From assembly GCA_965371785.1 (NCBI GenBank), contig CBDUZS010000005.1:3410-67409 (forward strand): a stretch of DNA of 64,000 nucleotides, in the 5' to 3' direction. How positions within the stretch are numbered: the stretch's first letter is position 1; each line of letters begins with the position of its first letter. This stretch comes from an uncultured bacterium. GTDB taxonomy: Bacteria; Fermentibacterota; Fermentibacteria; Fermentibacterales; JCC-6. Positions 36,873 through 46,043 of the stretch are shown piece by piece. The notes beneath the pieces are model-generated. The model was not told the DNA's origin. It made no database searches and was given only the letters and a program-made list of their open reading frames with translations. The translations under genes and the position numbers were made by a program.

Positions 36873-38270
36873 GTGAAGATAAGGTTCGGTACTTCCGGCT
36901 GGCGAGGTGTAATAGCTCGAGAATTCACCTGGGACAGGGTTCAGATTCTCGTTGATGCGATTTCCGTGTGGCTCCAGAGAAGAGATCAGAGATCGATAGT
37001 CATAGGCGGAGACACCCGTTTCCTCTCTCCCGAGCTTGCTCGAAGCACTGCCTCACGGATGGCCGGATACGGCTTCAGGGTCTACCTTGCCGATCGTCCG
37101 GTTCCCACCCCTGTTCTCTCCCACGCCCTCCGGAGTCTTGGCGCCGGGGGTATCATCAATTTCACCGCAAGTCACAACCCGCCTGTCTACAACGGAATCA
37201 AGTTCTCTCCAGATCATGGGGGACCTGCGTCGGATGACGTTACTTCCGCAATCGAAAATCTGATCGAATCGGGATCGAAACCGGGCACTGGCACCGGCTC
37301 CGTTGAAGAGCATGATTTCATTGTACCGTACCTGGAGGAGATTGATAAATTCCTCGACGCATCGGTTTTTCGAGACAGTGATCTCCGGCTTGTATACGAT
37401 GCGTTCTCCGGAACCGGTTCGGGCGTACTGGACAGGAAACTGATCCAGCTCGGAGCATCTGTAAGGGTGATCAACGGTGTGCGGGATCCTCTCTTTGCCG
37501 GAAAGCAACACCCCGAGCCGAATGAGAGCGGGCTCGAGGAACTGGCGGCTTCCGTTGTCAGAAGCGGAGCGTCGCTGGGACTTGGAACAGACGGTGACGC
37601 AGACAGGTTCGGTCTTGTCGACGAAAGAGGGAAGTACGTATCACCACATGACTTCTTTCCATTACTTCTTGATTACCTTGTCTCTTCGCGGGGGTGGGGT
37701 GGAACCGTGGCCAGATCAATCACCACGAGCAGCATGCTGGACAGGGTTGCCTCCGCACTTGGAATTCCGGTCGAGGTAACACCCGTAGGTTTCAAATATC
37801 TTGGTGCTTTCATGATGGAACGGGATGTCGTTCTCGCCTGTGAAGAGAGCGGCGGCATGTCCATTCTCGGACATGTTCCGGAGAAGGACGGGGTGCTTGC
37901 CTGCCTGCTTGCGGCGGAGATGATCTGTGCCCGGGGGAAGAGCATTTCAGAACAGATAGAAGCGCTCTGGTGCAGGTACGGGCGTCTGTTCAACGAACGG
38001 ATAGATATCCCGCTCAGCCCCCCTACGTGTGAGTCAGTGCAAAGGGTGTTCTTCTCTTCTGCTCCGGAGGAGATTGCCGGGCGGCCGGTAACGGGAATCG
38101 ATCGAAAAGACGGTTCGAAAATCCTGTTAGAGGATGACACCTACGTTCTGATCCGACTGAGCGGTACGGAGCCTCTCGCAAGGATCTACGTACAGGCGGA
38201 TTCTCCCGAATTGATCCCGGAGCTGGTCGAGGGCGTAAAGTCGCTCATCCGAGAAGGAACACTCGCTTGA
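36873..38270 (+). CDS. Phosphoglucomutase/phosphomannomutase-family enzyme
   Basis: 'RFGTSGWRG', the active-site loop 'TASHNPPVYNGIKF' and the Mg-binding 'GTDGDADRFGLVDE' are present. GTG start. Confidence 0.85.
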   Translation: MKIRFGTSGWRGVIAREFTWDRVQILVDAISVWLQRRDQRSIVIGGDTRFLSPELARSTASRMAGYGFRVYLADRPVPTPVLSHALRSLGAGGIINFTASHNPPVYNGIKFSPDHGGPASDDVTSAIENLIESGSKPGTGTGSVEEHDFIVPYLEEIDKFLDASVFRDSDLRLVYDAFSGTGSGVLDRKLIQLGASVRVINGVRDPLFAGKQHPEPNESGLEELAASVVRSGASLGLGTDGDADRFGLVDERGKYVSPHDFFPLLLDYLVSSRGWGGTVARSITTSSMLDRVASALGIPVEVTPVGFKYLGAFMMERDVVLACEESGGMSILGHVPEKDGVLACLLAAEMICARGKSISEQIEALWCRYGRLFNERIDIPLSPPTCESVQRVFFSSAPEEIAGRPVTGIDRKDGSKILLEDDTYVLIRLSGTEPLARIYVQADSPELIPELVEGVKSLIREGTLA

Positions 38271-38743
38271 AATTCAATACAAGCACACTCTCTCTCGATC
38301 TGGGTTCGATCCGTAGCGGAAGCTGCACTGAGAGCTACAGTATACCGCTCGACGAAATCGAATGGAATCTGCCGGACCTGGAGCCAGCCGGTTCTACTGG
38401 AATACTGGAGCTCTCGGTCACATGCCGTGAGGGCACATGGATCTGCAGCGGTTTCTTTTCCGTCGAGTTCGTTACACCATGTGCGCGGTGCCTCGAGAAA
38501 ACGTTCTTCACTGTTGATGCGGAAGTGTACAAAATTTACACCTGGGACGAACAACTTGCTGATGACCTGGACACGGAGCTTATCACGAGTTCAGACGGAA
38601 CCGTGAGCATACTTGACGCCGTACGTGAAGCTGTAATACTTTCCGTGCCCGGTAGGTCGTTATGCCGCGAGGATTGTAGCGGTTTATGTCCTACATGTGG
38701 AGTTAATCTTAATGTTACTAGTTGTGAGCACTCTGGCTCCTGA
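38267..38743 (+). CDS. YceD/DUF177 family (large-subunit rRNA accumulation) protein
   Basis: Cys pairs 'CARCLE' and 'CSGLCPTCGVNLN' are present, and the position directly upstream of rpmF is conserved. TTG start overlaps the upstream stop, so the start is uncertain. Confidence 0.7.
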   Translation: MKFNTSTLSLDLGSIRSGSCTESYSIPLDEIEWNLPDLEPAGSTGILELSVTCREGTWICSGFFSVEFVTPCARCLEKTFFTVDAEVYKIYTWDEQLADDLDTELITSSDGTVSILDAVREAVILSVPGRSLCREDCSGLCPTCGVNLNVTSCEHSGS

Positions 38744-38776
38744 AGCTGCGGGAGCCTTTTTGAAAGAGAGAATAAC

Positions 38777-38959
38777 ATGCCGGTTCCGAAGAGAAGACAT
38801 TCCTCCTCGAGGAGAGACAAGCGCAGAGCAAACTGGAAGCTTGAAGTAGCTTCGACGAGCAACTGTCCACAGTGCGGTGAACCCAGGCTTCCACACAGGG
38901 TATGCAAGCACTGCGGATTCTATGCCGGTCGTCAGGTTATCGAGCCCGAGGTCGAATAG
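38777..38959 (+). CDS. rpmF: 50S ribosomal protein L32
   Basis: '[22 protein letters not shown]...[20 protein letters not shown]'. Confidence 0.9.
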   Translation: MPVPKRRHSSSRRDKRRANWKLEVASTSNCPQCGEPRLPHRVCKHCGFYAGRQVIEPEVE

Positions 38960-39050
38960 CACTTTGTTTACACGCGCCGGCTTCGAGATCGTACCCGGCG
39001 TTGTGATTCTCAGAATGTAATCCACCACTTTCTCTGAACGGGAGATATTC

Positions 39051-40091
39051 TTGGGAGAGAAGATCAGAGTCGCACTGGATGCCATGGGCGGTGATCACGG
39101 TCCATCCGTTGTGGTCGAAGGGGCCGTTCTCTTCTTCCGGGAGTGTTCAAGGCAGCAGAAATGCGATGTTGAAATCACGATCGTCGGTGACAAGAATGTG
39201 CTCGCCAGAAGACTGACGAAGACCGGAGGCGCGAGGCTACCCATCACGATTCATCACGCTTCCGAAGTGATTGCAATGAGTGATCATCCGACGGAGTCTC
39301 TCAAACAGAAGCCTGACAGCTCGATTGCGGTAATGGCAAGTCTCCAGAAGGAGGGGCTGGTGCAGACTATGGTCAGCCCCGGCAACACCGGTGCGATGAT
39401 GGCCGCAAGTCTGTTCGCTCTCGGGAGAATCCCCGGTGTACATCGTCCCGCAATCGCTGGTACGTTTCCTTCGCAGGGTAATCCCACCGTCGTTCTGGAC
39501 GTTGGTGCAAACGTCAATTGCAGACCCGAACAGCTTCTGCAGTTCGCTCTCATGGGCAGTGCATACTCCTCAGGTGTTTTCGGGATAGAGAACCCGAGAG
39601 TTGCACTGCTCAACGTAGGTTCCGAGAGAACAAAGGGCACCCAGACGGATCAGGAAGCCTATACTCTCATCGAGAGAACGAACCTCAATTTCACCGGCAA
39701 CATAGAGGGAGACGGCATTCTCAAGGGGGAAGCAGACGTTGTCGTATGCGACGGGTTCGTAGGCAACGTTCTCCTGAAGGTCACCGAGTCGATTGCAGAA
39801 CTCATCGGTGGTTCTCTGTACCTGGATATGAAGCGATACTGGGCTTCCAGAGCAGGATACCTTCTCATGCGGCACTCGTTTGCCAAACTCTGGAAGAAAC
39901 TGGATTCCGCTGAGTACGGCGGAGCACCTTTGCTCGGCCTCAACGGAGTCTCAATCGTTGCACACGGAAGTTCGAATGCGAAAGCTATAAAGAATGCTGT
40001 GCTGGCATCCTGTGATTTCTACCGGAGCGGAGTAAACGACCGTATCCGGGATGAACTCGAGGATACTGAATCCCGAGGGGAGAACAGGTGA
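39051..40091 (+). CDS. plsX: Phosphate acyltransferase PlsX
   Basis: 'IRVALDAMGGDHGP', 'PGNTGAMMA' and 'GFVGNVLLK' are present. TTG start. Confidence 0.9.
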   Translation: MGEKIRVALDAMGGDHGPSVVVEGAVLFFRECSRQQKCDVEITIVGDKNVLARRLTKTGGARLPITIHHASEVIAMSDHPTESLKQKPDSSIAVMASLQKEGLVQTMVSPGNTGAMMAASLFALGRIPGVHRPAIAGTFPSQGNPTVVLDVGANVNCRPEQLLQFALMGSAYSSGVFGIENPRVALLNVGSERTKGTQTDQEAYTLIERTNLNFTGNIEGDGILKGEADVVVCDGFVGNVLLKVTESIAELIGGSLYLDMKRYWASRAGYLLMRHSFAKLWKKLDSAEYGGAPLLGLNGVSIVAHGSSNAKAIKNAVLASCDFYRSGVNDRIRDELEDTESRGENR

Positions 40092-41083
40092 AAAGAAAGT
40101 CTTACATCGTTGGAACCGGACATTTCGCTCCCGAAAAGGTCCTTACAAATGCAGATCTCGAGAAGATTGTCGATACGACCGACGAATGGATCACGACGAG
40201 AACCGGTATCAAGGAAAGACGGATTGTCGATGATGATACGGCAACATCGGATCTCTGCCTGGAGGCTACGAAAAGAGCGATAGAGGATGCAGGCTGGGAG
40301 AAGGAGGATGTTCAGGGGATAATCATCGGAACGGTTACTCCGGACTACGTGTTTCCAGCAACCGCAGCTCTCGTTGCGGACAGACTGGGAATAAAGGGAA
40401 TACCGGCCTACGATTTCGAAGCCGGCTGCTCAGGCTTCATCTACGGTCTCATCCAGGCAAAAGCATTCATCGAATCGGGAATGATGGATCGCATGATCGT
40501 GATCGGCTCGGATTGTCTTACCAGGATAACCAACTGGACGGACAGGACCACCTGTGTGCTCTTCGGTGACGGCGCGGGAGCGGCAGCGATAAGCAGTGAA
40601 GGACCCGGCGGTCTGCTCGGTGGCTGGCACTGGGGAGCCGACGGTTCCGTCGGGCACCTTCTGGAGATGCCTGCGGGAGGGTCCAGGAACCCGCCCTCTC
40701 ACGAAACAGTCGATCGTATTCAGCATACCATCTGGATGAAGGGCGGAGAGATATTCAAGTATGCAGTGAGAGCGATGCGGGATTCGTGCTATCGTGCCCT
40801 AGAGAGTGACGGAACCCCCATCGAAGAAGTTGATCTCCTGATCTCGCACCAGGCGAACCTGCGGATAATCAACGCAACCGCAAGAGCTCTCAAGCTTAAA
40901 CCCGAGCAGGTTTACGTGAACATTCACAAATACGGTAACACATCTGCTGCTTCGATTCCGATGGCTCTGGACGAAGCTCTCAGAGAGGGAAGGATTACCG
41001 TTCCCAACACGGTTGTTCTCGCAGCATTCGGGGCAGGGCTGACCTGGGCCGGCGTAATAGTCAAGTGGGAAGAACAGGGGTGA
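40088..41083 (+). CDS. fabH: 3-oxoacyl-ACP synthase III
   Basis: '[15 protein letters not shown]', the active-site '[10 protein letters not shown]', and 'SHQANLRII...GNTSAASIP' are present. Confidence 0.9.
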   Translation: MKRKSYIVGTGHFAPEKVLTNADLEKIVDTTDEWITTRTGIKERRIVDDDTATSDLCLEATKRAIEDAGWEKEDVQGIIIGTVTPDYVFPATAALVADRLGIKGIPAYDFEAGCSGFIYGLIQAKAFIESGMMDRMIVIGSDCLTRITNWTDRTTCVLFGDGAGAAAISSEGPGGLLGGWHWGADGSVGHLLEMPAGGSRNPPSHETVDRIQHTIWMKGGEIFKYAVRAMRDSCYRALESDGTPIEEVDLLISHQANLRIINATARALKLKPEQVYVNIHKYGNTSAASIPMALDEALREGRITVPNTVVLAAFGAGLTWAGVIVKWEEQG

Positions 41084-41084
41084 C

Positions 41085-41807
41085 ATGATGAAAACGGCAG
41101 TGGTCACCGGTGCGGCACGCGGGATCGGTTTCGAAATTTCGAAAAAGCTTATCGATTCCGGGTGGATCGTTGCTGGCTGTGACATCCTGGAGGAGCAGCT
41201 CCAGCGCGCAGCGGACAACCTCGGTGATTCCTTCAAACCTTTCGTACTCGACATTACCGATGCGGGTGCGGTAAGGGAATTCGCTACTCGAGTCGACAGT
41301 GAACTCGCTCCCGTGACCGGGCTCGTGAACAACGCGGGAATCACGCGTGACGCATTCCTTATGAGGATGGACGACTCCGACTGGGACAGGGTCATGGACG
41401 TGAACCTCAAGGGTGCCTATCTGATGACCAAAGCTCTCATAAGGGGAATGATGAAGATCAGGAAGGGTTCGATCGTCAACATCTCCTCCGTCGTTGCCCT
41501 TCTGGGAGTTGCAGGTCAGGCGAACTACGCCGCCAGCAAGGCAGGACTTCATGGACTTACAAGATCCATGACCAGAGAGCTTGCACCGCGTAACATTCGC
41601 GTCAACGTAATCGCGCCGGGTTTCATCGAGACGGACATGACCCGTGAATTGCCGGACGATGTCAGAGCTGACTACAGCTCCAGGATACCGATGAAGCGGA
41701 TGGGGCTGCCCGATGAAATAGCCGAAGCAGTCGCCTTCCTGTTAAGCGACGCATCTTCATATATTACCGGCGTAGTTCTCCCTGTAGACGGTGGTCTAAC
41801 AACCTGA
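41085..41807 (+). CDS. fabG: 3-oxoacyl-ACP reductase (SDR)
   Basis: '[11 protein letters not shown]' and '[40 protein letters not shown]' are present. Confidence 0.9.
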   Translation: MMKTAVVTGAARGIGFEISKKLIDSGWIVAGCDILEEQLQRAADNLGDSFKPFVLDITDAGAVREFATRVDSELAPVTGLVNNAGITRDAFLMRMDDSDWDRVMDVNLKGAYLMTKALIRGMMKIRKGSIVNISSVVALLGVAGQANYAASKAGLHGLTRSMTRELAPRNIRVNVIAPGFIETDMTRELPDDVRADYSSRIPMKRMGLPDEIAEAVAFLLSDASSYITGVVLPVDGGLTT

Positions 41808-41820
41808 GAAAGGAAACAGC

Positions 41821-42060
41821 ATGTCACTAGAGAACCGTGTTACCGAAATCATTGTCAACAAACTCGGTGTCAAACCTGAAGAGGTAGTACTCAAGGCCGA
41901 TTTTCAGACCGATCTGGGTGCGGATTCACTCGATCTGGTAGAACTCATGATGGATTTCGAGGATTCGTTCAATCTGAAGATATCAGACGAGGAAGCAGGT
42001 AATCTTAAGACTGTCGGAGCCGTTGTTACTTTCCTCGACGAGAAAGGCATTAAGGCCTGA
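41821..42060 (+). CDS. acpP: Acyl carrier protein
   Basis: The phosphopantetheine site is 'LGADSLDLVELMMDFED'. 79 aa. Confidence 0.9.
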   Translation: MSLENRVTEIIVNKLGVKPEEVVLKADFQTDLGADSLDLVELMMDFEDSFNLKISDEEAGNLKTVGAVVTFLDEKGIKA

Positions 42061-42153
42061 CAGGATATTCAGGTTCATCCATGGGCGCTGCAACCCGGGA
42101 ATGCCGGGAAGTGGTGCTGTATTCACATGAGTATTGAAAGGTAGAGGACAAAA

Positions 42154-43395
42154 GTGGCATACCGACGTGCGGTTATCACCGGGATGGGGGCAATCACCCC
42201 ACTTGGCAACACTGCTCCAGTGTGCTGGGACAATGCCTTGAACGGACGAAGCGGAATCCGGCGGCTAACGCTGCTCGATCCGGCTCTGTTCACGAGCAAG
42301 ATATCCGGTGAGGTCAGGGATTACGATGCGAGTGATCATTTCGACCGCAAACTGCTGAGGAAACTCGACAGGAACACACAGTTTGCCATCATCTCATCCA
42401 GGGAAGCCTACAACGGCTCGGGTATCGGAGACTCGGGTATCGACCCGACCCGCCTGGGCGTGATAATCGGTTCCGGGATAGGGGGCATCCACACACTCGA
42501 GAGCGAGCATATCGTCGCTCTGGAGAGGGGACCTGGCAGGATAAGTCCTTTCTTCTGCCCGAAGATGATCAGTAATATGGCTGCGGGAATGGTAGCCATC
42601 GACCTTTGCGCGAAGGGGATCAACTACGCCACGATAACGGCCTGCGCAACAAGCGGGCATGCTGTGGCAGGTGCTTTCGATGCCATCAGGCTCGGAAGGG
42701 CGGATGCGATTCTCGCCGGTGGCACGGAAGCTCCGATTACCCTTCTCGGCCTGGGCGGATTCTGCGCTATGAAGGCTCTCTCGACAAGAAATGACGACCC
42801 GGAACATGCCTCCCGACCATTCGACCGTGACCGTGATGGTTTCATAATCGCCGAAGGTGCCGTTGTGCTTCTGATCGAGGAGTACGAGCATGCAAGAGCA
42901 CGGGGCGCCGAGATATTCGCCGAGGTCGTGGGTTGTGGCCTGACCTGCGATGCCTTCCACATGACAGCTCCCGCGGAGGGAGCAGAAGGCGCTGCAAGAG
43001 CCATGAAGCTTGCCTGCGTCGAGGCTTGTGTGCGCCCGGATCAGATCGATTACATAAACGCACACGGAACCTCGACTAAACTCAACGACATAAACGAAAC
43101 GATGGCGATCAAAACGGCACTCGGAGAGGATGCGGCAAGAAAAGTGCTGGTATCCTCCACGAAGTCTGTTACCGGGCATTTACTCGGCGCTGCCGGGGCA
43201 GCCGAAGTCATGTTCACCGCTCTTGCGCTGAAGAACGGCATCGTTCCTCCGACTGCTACTCTCGAGAATCCCGATGAAGGTTGTGATCTCGACTACGTAC
43301 CCGGGCAGGCCAGGAAAGCGGACATACAGTTCGCTCTGAGCAACTCGCTTGGTTTCGGTGGGCACAACGTGACTATCGCACTCAGGAAAGTCTAG
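42154..43395 (+). CDS. fabF: 3-oxoacyl-ACP synthase II
   Basis: 'RRAVITGMGAITPLGN', the active-site 'TACATSGHA', 'NAHGTSTKLND' and 'SNSLGFGGHNVTIAL' are present. GTG start. Confidence 0.9.
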   Translation: MAYRRAVITGMGAITPLGNTAPVCWDNALNGRSGIRRLTLLDPALFTSKISGEVRDYDASDHFDRKLLRKLDRNTQFAIISSREAYNGSGIGDSGIDPTRLGVIIGSGIGGIHTLESEHIVALERGPGRISPFFCPKMISNMAAGMVAIDLCAKGINYATITACATSGHAVAGAFDAIRLGRADAILAGGTEAPITLLGLGGFCAMKALSTRNDDPEHASRPFDRDRDGFIIAEGAVVLLIEEYEHARARGAEIFAEVVGCGLTCDAFHMTAPAEGAEGAARAMKLACVEACVRPDQIDYINAHGTSTKLNDINETMAIKTALGEDAARKVLVSSTKSVTGHLLGAAGAAEVMFTALALKNGIVPPTATLENPDEGCDLDYVPGQARKADIQFALSNSLGFGGHNVTIALRKV

Positions 43396-43432
43396 CGTTT
43401 CTTCGTCTGAACGGAGAAAGAATCGCGGTGAT

Positions 43433-44113
43433 CTGGAGAGGGTTCTCGGATACCGTTTCAAGAACCGTGAACTCCTGGAGGAAGCGCTTACTCACAGATC
43501 TCTCAGAGGATCTGCCGGTGAGAACACCGTATGCGATTACGAACGTCTGGAATTCCTCGGTGACGCAGTTATCGAGATGATAACCAGGGAACACCTGCTG
43601 GACTGCTTCCCTGCAGAATCCGAAGGCCAGTTGACCAGAAGGAAGATCCGGTTGGTCTGTTCAGATAACCTTGCTTCGATTGGCACCGGACTTGATCTGG
43701 GTGAACTTATCCGGCTCGGTGATGGAGTGACCGAATGCCCGACGTCAGTGATCTCAGACGTAGTAGAAGCATTGATAGGAGCTATATACATCGATGGCGG
43801 ATTGCAGTCCGCCAGGGATGCCATGTTGAGAACGGTCCTTCAGCCCCCTCTGCTCGATAACGGGTGCCAGGGTGATCCCAAGAGCATGCTGCAGGAACTG
43901 CTTCAGGCTAGAGGACAGTGTACTCCCGACTACCGGATCGTATCCGAGTCGGGTCCGGATCACAAACCCCTGTTCGTATGCAGGGCGGTCAGCGAAAACG
44001 TACTGCTCGGAGAGGGGTCTGGCCGTACAAAACGACAGGCTCAACAGTCGGCGGCGACCGATGCTCTCATGAGACTTGAAGGTGAGGAGACCGATGGATT
44101 ATCAGCTTTCTGA
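43433..44113 (+). CDS. rnc: Ribonuclease III (start codon unresolved; CTG at 43433 used provisionally)
   Basis: The frame is open from 43373. It encodes 'LERVLGYRFKNRELLEEALTHRS...ERLEFLGDAVIEMI' (RNase III signature) and a C-terminal dsRBD. The first ATG/GTG/TTG in frame is ATG 43577, which lies after the catalytic signature. Confidence 0.75.
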   Translation: MERVLGYRFKNRELLEEALTHRSLRGSAGENTVCDYERLEFLGDAVIEMITREHLLDCFPAESEGQLTRRKIRLVCSDNLASIGTGLDLGELIRLGDGVTECPTSVISDVVEALIGAIYIDGGLQSARDAMLRTVLQPPLLDNGCQGDPKSMLQELLQARGQCTPDYRIVSESGPDHKPLFVCRAVSENVLLGEGSGRTKRQAQQSAATDALMRLEGEETDGLSAF

Positions 44114-45251
44114 GGATCAACTGGCTATCAGAGAGATCTGTGCCGATATAGCAGAGAAGCACATCAGACCCATACGTGCGAAGCTGGACGAAGAGAACCG
44201 CTTTCCTACCGAGATAATGAAGGTCATGGCTGCCAGTGACCTTTTCACAATCTACATCCCTGAAGCGTATGGTGGAACGGAATTGGGTGCTGTTTCCCTC
44301 TGCATTGCCACCGAGGAACTCAGCAAAGCCTGCGGGGGAATTGCAGTGTGCTTTGCCGCTAATGCCCTGGGTTCCATGCCCATTCTACTGTCCGGATCAG
44401 AAGCTCAGAAAGAGAAGTACCTTCCACAGCTTGCGTCAGGAGAGAAGTACGCTGCGTTTGCACTCACCGAACCAGATGCCGGCAGCGATGCGGGAGCCAT
44501 AAAGACGAAGGCTGTCAAGGATGGTGACAGCTACATTCTCAACGGGACGAAGCAATGGATCACCAATGGCGGAGAAGCCAAGATATACACGGTGATCGCC
44601 ATGACCGATCCGACCAGGGGAGCAAGGGGAGCCTCGGCGTTCATAGTCGAGGATGGTACTCCCGGATTCAGCTACGGTAAGAAGGAAGACAAGATGGGGA
44701 TAAGGGCTTCCGCGACTCGAGAGCTCATCTTCGAGGACTGCAGGATACCCTCAGAGAATCTGATCTCCAGGGAAGGCTATGGTTTTCTGGTTGCGATGAA
44801 GACACTGGACTACTCGAGACCAGGTGTAGCCGCCCAGGCAGTCGGCATCGCTCAGGGAGCACTCGACGAAGCGATGAAGTATTCATCGGAGAGACGACAG
44901 TTCGGAGCCAGGATCGACTCGTTCCAGGGAATACAGTTCATGCTTGCCGATATGGCCACTTCCATCGAAGCTGCCAGAGCGCTCACCTACAGTGTGGCCA
45001 GGATGATCGACAGCGGGGCAAAAAAATTCGACAAGGAATCCGCGATGGCCAAGGTCTTTGCCAGCGATGTGGCCATGAAGGTCACAACGGATGCTGTTCA
45101 GATCCTCGGAGGATACGGCTACATGAAGGAATACCCGGTCGAGAAGATGATGCGGGATGCGAAGATCACTCAGATCTACGAGGGGACCAATCAGATACAG
45201 CGGAGTGTAATCGCAACGGCTCTCATCAAGGAAACGGCCTCCCGGAGGTAG
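44094..45251 (+). CDS. Acyl-CoA dehydrogenase (short-chain/butyryl-CoA dehydrogenase-like)
   Basis: 'FALTEPDAGSDAGAIKTKAVKDGDSYILNGTKQWITNGGEA' and 'QIYEGTNQIQRSVIA' are present. ATG at 44094 follows gaggag and overlaps the rnc 3' end by 20 nt. Confidence 0.85.
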   Translation: MDYQLSEDQLAIREICADIAEKHIRPIRAKLDEENRFPTEIMKVMAASDLFTIYIPEAYGGTELGAVSLCIATEELSKACGGIAVCFAANALGSMPILLSGSEAQKEKYLPQLASGEKYAAFALTEPDAGSDAGAIKTKAVKDGDSYILNGTKQWITNGGEAKIYTVIAMTDPTRGARGASAFIVEDGTPGFSYGKKEDKMGIRASATRELIFEDCRIPSENLISREGYGFLVAMKTLDYSRPGVAAQAVGIAQGALDEAMKYSSERRQFGARIDSFQGIQFMLADMATSIEAARALTYSVARMIDSGAKKFDKESAMAKVFASDVAMKVTTDAVQILGGYGYMKEYPVEKMMRDAKITQIYEGTNQIQRSVIATALIKETASRR

Positions 45252-45257
45252 GATGAA

Positions 45258-46043
45258 ATGCGGTTCGTAGTAGCGGTCAAGCAGGTTCCCGATACTTCGG
45301 ATGTCAGGATCGACGAGGAACGCGGCACGATGATCCGGGATGGGGTTCCTTCCATCCTCAATCCCTTCGATGCTTACGCTCTCGAGGAAGCTCTTCGCTG
45401 GCGAGACGAACTCGGGGGAACGGTCATCGTACTGAGTATGGGTCCGCCACAGGCAGAGGCCGTTCTACGCGAAGCGGTATCCATGGGTGCAGACGAGGCA
45501 GTTCTTCTTTCCGACAGCGCGTTTGCCGGTGCCGACACCTGGGCAACCAGCCATACGATTGCTGCTGCCGTAAGAAAACTCGGTGGAGTGGACATCGTTT
45601 TCACCGGGAAGCAGGCCATCGACGGTGACACCGCCCAGACTGGTCCGGGCATTGCAGCAACACTTGACTGGCCTCAGATAACATTCGTGGGGAAAGTAAG
45701 AGAGATATCCACCGATACAATCGTTGCGGAAAGGTATGTCGAGGGTGGTATCGAGGTCGTCAAGGCATCCCTGCCGGTTGTCGTTACAGTTCTCAAGGAT
45801 GCAAATACTCCGAGATTGCCCTCGCTCAGAGGGAAGATGAAGGCAAGAAAGCTGACGATCATTCCGTTGACCAGAATCGACCTCGAACTCGAGGAGGATT
45901 GTGTCGGCCTCGAAGGATCACCGACAAGGGTTGTCAGCATTGCGACTCCGGAGGCCAAGATCGGCGGCGAGATCCACAGGGGGGAGCCTGAAGAGCTGGC
46001 GGCAATCATCGCCGACTACCTCCTGGGAGAGGAGCACGACTGA
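45258..46043 (+). CDS. etfB: Electron transfer flavoprotein, beta subunit
   Basis: 'VAVKQVPDTSDVRIDEERGTMIRDGVPSILNPFDAYALEEAL' and 'GKQAIDGDTAQTGPGIA' are present. Confidence 0.9.
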   Translation: MRFVVAVKQVPDTSDVRIDEERGTMIRDGVPSILNPFDAYALEEALRWRDELGGTVIVLSMGPPQAEAVLREAVSMGADEAVLLSDSAFAGADTWATSHTIAAAVRKLGGVDIVFTGKQAIDGDTAQTGPGIAATLDWPQITFVGKVREISTDTIVAERYVEGGIEVVKASLPVVVTVLKDANTPRLPSLRGKMKARKLTIIPLTRIDLELEEDCVGLEGSPTRVVSIATPEAKIGGEIHRGEPEELAAIIADYLLGEEHD

